Shown piece after piece: positions 56,683 to 64,000 of a stretch of 64,000 nucleotides of DNA. Source of the DNA: an uncultured Acidobacteriota bacterium (GTDB taxonomy: Bacteria > Acidobacteriota > Blastocatellia > RBC074). Location: assembly GCA_963796275.1 (NCBI GenBank), contig CAWCKY010000006.1, positions 1,856,001 through 1,920,000 on the forward strand, in the 5' to 3' direction. A program made the position numbers and the translations under genes. Within the stretch, counting starts at the first letter, position 1. Every line of letters starts with the position of its first letter. The notes under the pieces are model-generated. The model was not told the origin of the DNA and ran no database searches. It was given only the letters and a program-made list of their open reading frames with translations.

Positions 56683-57618
56683 ATGGACAAACCTCGCATA
56701 TTCCTAGGCTCGTCAGGAAAACAGGAGAAGCTGCTCCAGGCACTGACGCGTGGTCTCGAAGACGTCGCGCACGTAAAGCCCTGGACGACATCCTTCAATC
56801 CCGGGACCACCACACTTGAACGCCTCCTCGAGCTCACCCGTGAAGTCGACTTCGCGGTCTTCGTGTTCGCTCAGGACGACTGGACGACTAACAGCCCGAA
56901 CAGCCCGCCGGAATCGCCTCAACCGGGGTCCGGTCAGGCTTCTCCGCGAGATAATGTCGTCTTCGAAGCCGGCCTTTTTGGCGGAGTCCTCGGAATGCGC
57001 CGAACCTTCATCCTCCATGCGAGCGGCTCGAAGCTTCCAAGCGATCTCCTCGGCCTCACGTCAGTCCGGTACGGCGGAGCCACCCCGGCAGAAATAAGAA
57101 TTATCAACCAGAAGCTCCGCAAGGCGATCGAGAACGAGGGCCGCGTGGCCCGTATCGATGGACTGTGGTGGCAATTTGCCCTGACGGAGCGCACCGCGAG
57201 GGAGCCTTCCGTCTTGAGCCTTATGAGGTTTTCGCGGGACCGCGACGGCGTGCTGGAGGTGGCCGGCCGTGCATGGCGAGAGGATGGCCGCCTGTCAGCG
57301 AGATACTGGAGCGAGGCGGTCAAGGAGAAGAAGGAGACTTCGTGCATCTTCTGGTATTGGAAGGGAGAACGGCCGCTGGACCCGGACGCGCCGCAGTTGG
57401 ACGGGACGGGAGAGATCCGGATGGAATCGGCTGAGCGCGGGTCCGGGTACTTCACGACTCATGCGGACACGCACCCGGGTGTGAAGACGCGGACGGCCGG
57501 TGTCTACTGGCGGGCCGATGCAGAGGACATGATCATCATGGACGGACGCGACGAGCAGAAGCGCGCGGAGCTGATCGCAGAGCGGCTGAGGCATTGGAAG
57601 TCGATCAAGGACACTTGA
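56683..57618 (+). CDS. Cap12/Pycsar-type TIR-like domain protein with Trp-rich beta-strand C-terminal domain
   Basis: KPRIFLGSS, PW...F..G..TLE.L, DFAVFVFAQDD, PRDNVVFEAGLFGG.LG..RTF, KLPSDLLG; SD GGAGG. Confidence 0.85.
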   Translation: MDKPRIFLGSSGKQEKLLQALTRGLEDVAHVKPWTTSFNPGTTTLERLLELTREVDFAVFVFAQDDWTTNSPNSPPESPQPGSGQASPRDNVVFEAGLFGGVLGMRRTFILHASGSKLPSDLLGLTSVRYGGATPAEIRIINQKLRKAIENEGRVARIDGLWWQFALTERTAREPSVLSLMRFSRDRDGVLEVAGRAWREDGRLSARYWSEAVKEKKETSCIFWYWKGERPLDPDAPQLDGTGEIRMESAERGSGYFTTHADTHPGVKTRTAGVYWRADAEDMIIMDGRDEQKRAELIAERLRHWKSIKDT

Positions 57619-57999
57619 GATCAGCGCAGGGAAGGAGCCTGGAATTATGGTCACACGTGCGCCAGACCGTATATCCACGGTGAGCCTAACTCGAAAAAAC
57701 GCCGCATCTACGTTGGATAAATAGGGAATACGACCGCCGGCGGCCACCTACGATCTGGCGCGGTCCGTTTGCCGGTGCGCTGAGCGACGTAAGTATCTCG
57801 TAGCCGCCACCCGATTATTGGTCAAACTTTGAAGGAAGGTGGCGGCCGGGTGAACTCCCTGTTTGAAGGCATAGAGACTTGCCGAACGCCATAGTTTCTC
57901 CCAATGCCACCAATGCTCCCTTGCCCCATTTCCCCACGGCGATGCTGCTTTTCGCGCATCGAATTTGCGCCGATCAATTACATCCCCGTCCTGAGGCTA

Positions 58000-58479
58000 T
58001 CACTGCTGCTGTGTGACCGATCTTTTCGGATGGCTCTGCCAGATGATGTTGACGATCATCCATTTGCCATCGAATTTCGCCAGGTGCATGTAATCGATAC
58101 CCCACTCGGCCACCAGCTTTGCCGTCGCAGTCTGATCCAGCACATCGTAGACAGTGATCTCTTTCGGCGCGTCTTTCGGCAGATTGCCTTCTTTGTTGAA
58201 GTTCTTGGCGATCTCGATCAGACGCTCGAATGTCATCGATGCGCCTGGGCGGTACACCACGTCTGCCGCCGGGCGATAGAACCCGAGTTTAGCGAGTTTG
58301 GGATGCACGCTGCGCTCGATTCGCGATGGGTCAACGTTGTAGATGCCTTCGACATAATCGAGCGCCGCCTGCCGCACGGCTTCCCGGTCGAGATTATTTG
58401 CGGACCCTGTTTGCGCCTGCGCCGAACAGAACGGCAGAACGAACAACGTAGCGAGAGCCAGCAAAAATGATCTTTTCAT
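58000..58479 (-). CDS. secreted NTF2-like (putative lumazine-binding) protein
   Basis: Signal peptide; DYVEG, HPKLAK, ATAKL...WGIDYMHLAK.DGKWMIVNIIW. Confidence 0.85.
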   Translation of the reverse strand: MKRSFLLALATLFVLPFCSAQAQTGSANNLDREAVRQAALDYVEGIYNVDPSRIERSVHPKLAKLGFYRPAADVVYRPGASMTFERLIEIAKNFNKEGNLPKDAPKEITVYDVLDQTATAKLVAEWGIDYMHLAKFDGKWMIVNIIWQSHPKRSVTQQQ

Positions 58480-58664
58480 ACTAAACCTCCATTGGATCGG
58501 AATTATTAAGAATGGGACCTTAACGCCACCTACGAATCCACCTTCGTTGCCCGCGGCGCCGGACCAAAAAACTGTTGTAAACGTAAGAGGCCGGACGCAC
58601 AGCTTCCGCGGGTGATCTCATCAGAGAATCGGTTCGCGGAGACACGCGTTCACATGCATCGAAT

Positions 58665-58796
58665 AATCAAACGCCGCGCCATAATTACCGAAAAACTAAA
58701 TTGCTATATTGCTTGGCTTAGAAGTTAGCTCGTTAGTCTAGGTCACCTCTATCGTGCGCTTCCGGGATTGCGGTGTCTCGATAATGGGAAATTCTG
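58665..58796 (-). promoter_or_regulatory. sigma54-like promoter/enhancer block homologous to 62588-62722
   Basis: aatcaaacgccgcgcca-N14-ctaaat ... gtgcgcttccgggattgcggtgtctcgataatgggaaa. Confidence 0.6.
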
Positions 58797-59061
58797 AAGG
58801 ACTTAAATCAAGATGACTCCATTTTGATTCCCCGCTGCCTGGCGAAGTGTAGACCGGCGCTACGCAAAGCTCTCACTCCGTGCTAAATTCATTCCCTCGC
58901 TTAAAGCAGGAGATTACTTTGGCCTTATTGGAAATTTATGGTGATGGAAGGTTGGGGAGATATTCTACGACACTCTGAAAAGCAATCCCGTAAAACGAGG
59001 CTTCACTCCAGCCGCATCTTTACAAAAGCGAATATGATCAGTTCTATCAGGGGGTGGGTTT

Positions 59062-60033
59062 GTGAAAGCACGAACAGCTGACCCGCCTTCACTCTCTACG
59101 CAAAAAGGAATCTGGCCGAAGCTGCTTTTTATCGCGGGGCTGGTTTTCGTCCTCACCCCATGGTCGTCGCCGCCGCTCGCCCTCACGCTCGGGTTGGTCT
59201 TCGGACTAACGATTACGCATCCGTACCACTCTTTTTCTCAGTCATTGTCCAAAATCCTGCTCCAAGTCTGTGTCGTGGGGCTGGGGTTTGGGATAAATCT
59301 GTACGATGTGTTGGAGGTTGGGCGGTCCGGCTTTCTTTACACCTTTATAAGCATCTGCTTCGTGCTAGCAGCGGGCTGGGCACTCGGCAGGCTCTTGAAA
59401 GTCGATCCTGCCAGCAGCTATCTCATTGCTGTTGGTACGGCGATTTGCGGCGGCAGCGCGATTGCGGCAGTGGGGCCGGTCATTGAAGCCACGGACGAAG
59501 AGATGTCTGTGTCGCTCGGCACCGTCTTCATTCTCAACTCAGTCGCGTTGTTAGTGTTCCCTGCGATCGGGAGATATGTTGGACTGACGCCCGAGCAGTT
59601 CGGCCTCTGGGCGGCGCTGGCGATCCACGACACCAGTTCGGTCGTCGGGGCTGGCATCAAATACGGAGCATCCGCGCTCTCTGTAGCGACAACGGTCAAA
59701 CTCGCACGCGCTTTGTGGATCGCGCCGGTGGCTCTGGCGACCGCCGCCTGCAAGCGGAGCGGCGCACAGATCAAATGGCCGTGGTTCATCATCCTTTTTA
59801 TCGCGGCCTCCGTGGTCAACACCTATTTACCGAGGGGTTCATCACTTTACAGTCAGATTACTATGTTGTCGAAGATAGGGTTGATCGTCACTCTCTATCT
59901 GATCGGCAGCAACATTTCTCGTTTGACTCTGCAAGTTGTCGGCGTGCGCCCGTTTTTGCAGGGCACTCTTTTATGGGTCCTCGTAAGCGTGCTATCGCTC
60001 GTCCTCGTTTATCTGGGCATCATCATTCTCTGA
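59062..60033 (+). CDS. YeiH/UPF0324 (putative sulfate exporter) family membrane protein
   Basis: GTAICGGSAIAA, FGLWAALAIHDTSSVVGA, TVKLARALWI; start uncertain. Confidence 0.9.
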   Translation: MKARTADPPSLSTQKGIWPKLLFIAGLVFVLTPWSSPPLALTLGLVFGLTITHPYHSFSQSLSKILLQVCVVGLGFGINLYDVLEVGRSGFLYTFISICFVLAAGWALGRLLKVDPASSYLIAVGTAICGGSAIAAVGPVIEATDEEMSVSLGTVFILNSVALLVFPAIGRYVGLTPEQFGLWAALAIHDTSSVVGAGIKYGASALSVATTVKLARALWIAPVALATAACKRSGAQIKWPWFIILFIAASVVNTYLPRGSSLYSQITMLSKIGLIVTLYLIGSNISRLTLQVVGVRPFLQGTLLWVLVSVLSLVLVYLGIIIL

Positions 60034-60064
60034 TTATATAGTCCGGCGTGCGCGCGAAGGCGGT

Positions 60065-62503
60065 TTAGTCTATCCGGAGCGCAATCATCGGATCGACATT
60101 TGTCGCCCGCCGCGCCGGAATGTAACACGCCAGTAATGCCACCGACGCCAGCAACAATGACACGAGCGCGAATGTCAGCGGGTCGGTAGCGCTCACGCCG
60201 AACAAAAGGTCCTGCATCAAGCGCGTCAACGTCAGCGCACAGCCCAATCCGATCAGGACGCCGCATAACACCATCTTCATCCCCAGCCCGACGACCAGCT
60301 TCAACACGTCGCTCGACTGCGCTCCTAGAGCCATGCGGATGCCGATCTCCCTTTCTCTCTGATTGACGGCATACGAGATGACACCATAGATGCCGATAAC
60401 GGCCAGCAGTAAGGCCACGGCAGCGAAGCATCCCAACAAAGAGAGATTCAGTCGCTCGGGCGCAAGGGATATTGCTCGCCTCTCGGTCATCGTCCTCACG
60501 AAAAAGAGAGGTAACTCAGGGTCGAGCGCGAGGGCCTCCCGGCGCGCCGCGGCCATCATCGTTTCCGGCTCCAATGTCGTTTTGATCGCCACGGCGACGC
60601 CGTTGACCGGCATTTGCAGCAAGGGGACGTACGCTTGTACCAGTCCCTCCCGCTCGCCGAGCCGTTCCACTTTCACACGCGCTACCACGCCTACAACTGT
60701 AATTCCTGAGACTCGTTTGCCGATCGGATCTTCGTTCGGCCAATGCCGACGTGCGAACTCCTCGTCTACGATAATGGCGTTTACAGCGACATCCGAATGC
60801 TCGTCTGCGGTGCCGCCGGCGAATTCCGGATTGCGCAGATGGTCGAGATTGTCTTGTTCGGTGAAATAACGGCCGCGCAGGAGGGGAATGCCAAGCGCGC
60901 GAAAATAGTTGGGGCCGACCATGGACAATTCCATTGAAGGCGGGTGCCGTTCTCTCGGCTGACCATCGATATGAAACGATATCCGCATGCTTCTTCCAGC
61001 CAGGGGGAGCTGTGATGCGAAGGCGACATCCTCGGCGCCCGGCAATCCGCGCAGTTTTTCATGCAGACTGTGATAAAAGGCGAGTCGCTTCTCCATCGCG
61101 TCATACTTCCGCTCGGGAAGATCGATCCGGAAAGTCAGCACGCGTTCAGGTACGAAACCGGCATCGAGCTGCTGCAAGCGATAAAAGCTGCGCAGCAACA
61201 GGCCGGCTCCTATCAGCAGCACGAGCGTCAAAGCGACCTCCATCACGATCAGCGCCTGGCGCAGCACGCTGCGACCGGCCGTCGTGTTCCGGGTTGTATC
61301 CTTGAGCGCGCTCTGCACATCGACTCCGCTCGCCTGCCAGGCCGGCGTCATACCGAAGAGAATGCCGGTCAGCAAGGCTACCACGGCCGTGAAGACCAAT
61401 ACGCCTGTATCGAGACTGATCTCACTGACGCGCGGAATGACGCCCTGGGCGATGTTCAGAATCAGCGGCAGACCCCATAACGCTATCAACCATCCGAGCG
61501 CGCCGCCCGCCAGCGCGAGCAAGACGCTTTCGGTTAGCAATTGTCGTACGACCCGCCATCTTCCCGCGCCCAGGGCAATGCGCACGGCCATCTCTCTCTG
61601 TCGCGTCGCGGCGCGCGCCAGCAGCAGATTGGCGACGTTCGCGCACGCGATCAACAAGACCAGCCCGACCGCGCCCAGCAAGGTCCATAACGCAGTGCCT
61701 TTATCACCAACTGTGTTGTCGAGCAGCATCTCGATCTTTACACGGTCATCTCGTTCGTCGTTAGGCTGCTGGTCCAACCCACTGTAGATCGCATTCATCT
61801 CGGCCCGCGCCTGCTCAGTTGTAATGCCGGGATTGAGCCGGCCGATGCCGAACACCTGGTGGTTGCCGCGGTGTTGCCAATCGTCTGAGTTCGAAAGCGG
61901 TCCCACCGGCAACCATAAGTCAACGTTGCTATGCAGAGGAAAGGTGAAGTCGGCAGGCATCACGCCTACTACCGAGTGAGCGCGCCCGCTAAGCGTGATG
62001 AGCTGACCGATTATGCCGCTATCGCCTTCAAACCGGCCTCGCCATAGCCTGTGGCTCAGCACTACGACGGGCGGCGCGCCCGGCCTGTCTTCGTCGTTGT
62101 TGAAGACCCTCCCGATAGCGGCCGGCACACGCAGCGCGGGGAAGATATCAGCCGATATATGCCTGCAATTCAGGCGCAGCGGTTCGTCCCAGCCTGTCAG
62201 GTTGTAGCTTCGCCCGATATGTACGCCGATATTCTCGAAGACCTTCTGCTGTGCCCGCCAGTCGGTGAAGTTGCGGTAGGAGATCAACTCCACTCCGAAA
62301 TTTGTCCGGTGCTCCATCATCCATACCAATCGCCCGGATTCCGGATAGGGCAGCGGGCGTAGCAGCACCGCATTGACGACGCTGAAGATCGCTGTATTGG
62401 CACCGATTCCCAGCGCCAACATAAGTACGGCAATCAATGTAAAGCCGGGGTTCTTCCGTAGCATACGCACGCCGTAGCGCAGGTCTTGCCATAGGGTTTG
62501 CAT
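60065..62503 (-). CDS. ADOP-type duplicated ABC permease
   Basis: [38 protein letters not shown]. Confidence 0.95.
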   Translation of the reverse strand: MQTLWQDLRYGVRMLRKNPGFTLIAVLMLALGIGANTAIFSVVNAVLLRPLPYPESGRLVWMMEHRTNFGVELISYRNFTDWRAQQKVFENIGVHIGRSYNLTGWDEPLRLNCRHISADIFPALRVPAAIGRVFNNDEDRPGAPPVVVLSHRLWRGRFEGDSGIIGQLITLSGRAHSVVGVMPADFTFPLHSNVDLWLPVGPLSNSDDWQHRGNHQVFGIGRLNPGITTEQARAEMNAIYSGLDQQPNDERDDRVKIEMLLDNTVGDKGTALWTLLGAVGLVLLIACANVANLLLARAATRQREMAVRIALGAGRWRVVRQLLTESVLLALAGGALGWLIALWGLPLILNIAQGVIPRVSEISLDTGVLVFTAVVALLTGILFGMTPAWQASGVDVQSALKDTTRNTTAGRSVLRQALIVMEVALTLVLLIGAGLLLRSFYRLQQLDAGFVPERVLTFRIDLPERKYDAMEKRLAFYHSLHEKLRGLPGAEDVAFASQLPLAGRSMRISFHIDGQPRERHPPSMELSMVGPNYFRALGIPLLRGRYFTEQDNLDHLRNPEFAGGTADEHSDVAVNAIIVDEEFARRHWPNEDPIGKRVSGITVVGVVARVKVERLGEREGLVQAYVPLLQMPVNGVAVAIKTTLEPETMMAAARREALALDPELPLFFVRTMTERRAISLAPERLNLSLLGCFAAVALLLAVIGIYGVISYAVNQREREIGIRMALGAQSSDVLKLVVGLGMKMVLCGVLIGLGCALTLTRLMQDLLFGVSATDPLTFALVSLLLASVALLACYIPARRATNVDPMIALRID

Positions 62504-62587
62504 AATTCCTCTTGAAGAGTAATGACGCGTTTCAGTGAAAATGTCATTTAATGAATACTTCAGGGAGAACGAGTTCCCTGTCTTTTA

Positions 62588-62722
62588 AATCAAATGCCGC
62601 GCCATCATCGCTGCCAGTCTAAATGGTTGAAATGTTTAGCTTAGGAAAATGAGCCCAGAATGGTTCAACCCTTATGGCGTGCGCTTTTGGGATTGCATCG
62701 TCCCAATAACGGGAAACTTCTG
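62588..62722 (-). promoter_or_regulatory. sigma54-like promoter/enhancer block
   Basis: aatcaaatgccgcgcca-N14-ctaaatggttgaaa ... gtgcgcttttgggattgcatcgtcccaataacgggaaa. Confidence 0.6.
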
Positions 62723-62832
62723 CATGATTTCAAATTTGATTGGAGCCGGGAAGCCGGCGATACTGCCGGCGAATCGGTACCGCAAGCAGTAGCGAGCGCC
62801 CACGAGGGCTAACAGGCGGCAGATGAGTGGCT

Positions 62833-63456
62833 TCAGGTCTGCACCAAGTAGGCCACGTCTCCGATAGCCTTGATCTTGCATTCGCCGATCAGATTCCGAA
62901 GCCGTTCCGGAGTGAAATGCTCGGAGATAAGGCCACCGCTGGTGAGGATATGTTCATTCGTAATCTCGATCACTTCGTGGCCGAAGTTCGCGTACCACTG
63001 GCGGCGATGTTCAACGGAGGTCGAAGCAAAGACCGAGATCAGTCGCGTACCAGCCTCGGGAGCCAGCCGTCTCATCTCGCCCAGTACCGCAAGCTTATCG
63101 CTCATCGTGCCCCAGGTGTTAGTGAGGCAGACCGCCGCATCAAACTGTGAGTCCAACGGCACACGCGTGGCATCTGCAACCAGAAAATAGAGCGGCCCGC
63201 CGGGCTTCAACCGGTTGGCCTCCGCAATATATGTCCATTCGTAGTCGATTCCGATGCCTAAGGAGATGGCGTCGAGCAACCCGATGAGATGACGGCCCGT
63301 CCCGCAGCCGAAGTCGATGACTCGCCCTCCACTAGGGAGGGACTCTCGAACAAGCTCTGCTTCGGCACGCATAAAAGCGCGGATGGCCTCCGGTTGTGTT
63401 ACAGGATCGAGTGCCTTATTCAGCAGACCGGTGGAATATACCTCATCGTTTGTCAT
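62833..63456 (-). CDS. class I SAM-dependent methyltransferase
   Basis: VIDFGCGTGRH, GID, VADA, FDAAVC motifs; SD GGAGG. Confidence 0.88.
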   Translation of the reverse strand: MTNDEVYSTGLLNKALDPVTQPEAIRAFMRAEAELVRESLPSGGRVIDFGCGTGRHLIGLLDAISLGIGIDYEWTYIAEANRLKPGGPLYFLVADATRVPLDSQFDAAVCLTNTWGTMSDKLAVLGEMRRLAPEAGTRLISVFASTSVEHRRQWYANFGHEVIEITNEHILTSGGLISEHFTPERLRNLIGECKIKAIGDVAYLVQT

Positions 63457-63555
63457 ATAAACCCTCCGGCAAATCATACCTAAGGAGTCGCAGTATTCTA
63501 ATGCCTATTTACCATTGTTTGTGTGTCTAAGATATCAAATCTCAAATTTGATATC

Positions 63556-64000
63556 TCAGAACTCGGAGCGCAGCGCTACCAATGGGTCAACCTTCGTTGC
63601 GCGTCGTGCCGGTATCCAGCAGGCCAGTAACGCCACAGCCAGTAGTAAAACAGCGATCACCACAAACGTCGAGGGATCATTGGCGATCACACCGAACAGC
63701 AAATTTTTCATCAACCGCGTCAACATGAATGAAGCCGTCAGGCCGAGGACAAGGCCAATCGCAACCAGGCGCATGCCCTGTTTAATGACCAGCTTAAGGA
63801 TGTCGGCTCTCTGCGCGCCCACCGCCATACGAATTCCGAACTCGCCCGTGCGTTGGGCGACGGAAACGGCGAGCACTCCGTAAACCCCGATCGCGGCCAT
63901 CAGCAGCGCGAGACCGGATAGCCAGTTCAGCAGTATGGCGCTGAAACGCGGTTGAGCCAGGTTCGCCGCAACCAGTTGATCCATCGTGGCGACGCGGGTC
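63556..64000 (-). CDS. ADOP-type ABC permease, 3' part; 5' end outside the window
   Basis: [28 protein letters not shown]. Confidence 0.9.
   Translation of the reverse strand, partial: TRVATMDQLVAANLAQPRFSAILLNWLSGLALLMAAIGVYGVLAVSVAQRTGEFGIRMAVGAQRADILKLVIKQGMRLVAIGLVLGLTASFMLTRLMKNLLFGVIANDPSTFVVIAVLLLAVALLACWIPARRATKVDPLVALRSEF

Noticed and set aside
57684-57718. attC site as a firm feature
   Set aside because: Core heptamers fit, but 35 bp is too short and the L boxes are unclear; kept only as a candidate within a finding.

Overview
About 64 kb of bacterial chromosome with a strongly acidobacterial gene complement: an Oar-like TonB-dependent receptor, about ten intact, broken or remnant ADOP-type duplicated orphan ABC permeases, and several acidobacterial PadR regulators. 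Recognisable modules are nat/lysE, ahpD-like/mocR, an ECF42-type sigma factor, a sigma54 two-component system, a yybP-ykoY riboswitch with terC, modABC with an HTH-TOBE regulator, yciI-doxX-alkZ-VOC genes, a GH63-like glucosidase and a spermidine-synthase-like membrane methyltransferase. No rRNA, tRNA or CRISPR array was seen. Features not shown by the ORF track: (1) a decayed integron-integrase N-terminus lying divergent to an orphan Cap12-type TIR plus beta-barrel gene; (2) a fixed-spacing ECF42 promoter motif before four or five genes; (3) three sigma54-like promoters sharing a -24/-12, IHF and enhancer layout; (4) paired PadR operators; (5) a dense set of REP-like palindrome families, often wrapped in short inverted repeats, nested inside one another and bracketing cargo genes. 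Several CDSs are broken by single +1 insertions, which may be sequencing errors. All product calls come from motif recognition by eye; no database search was run.
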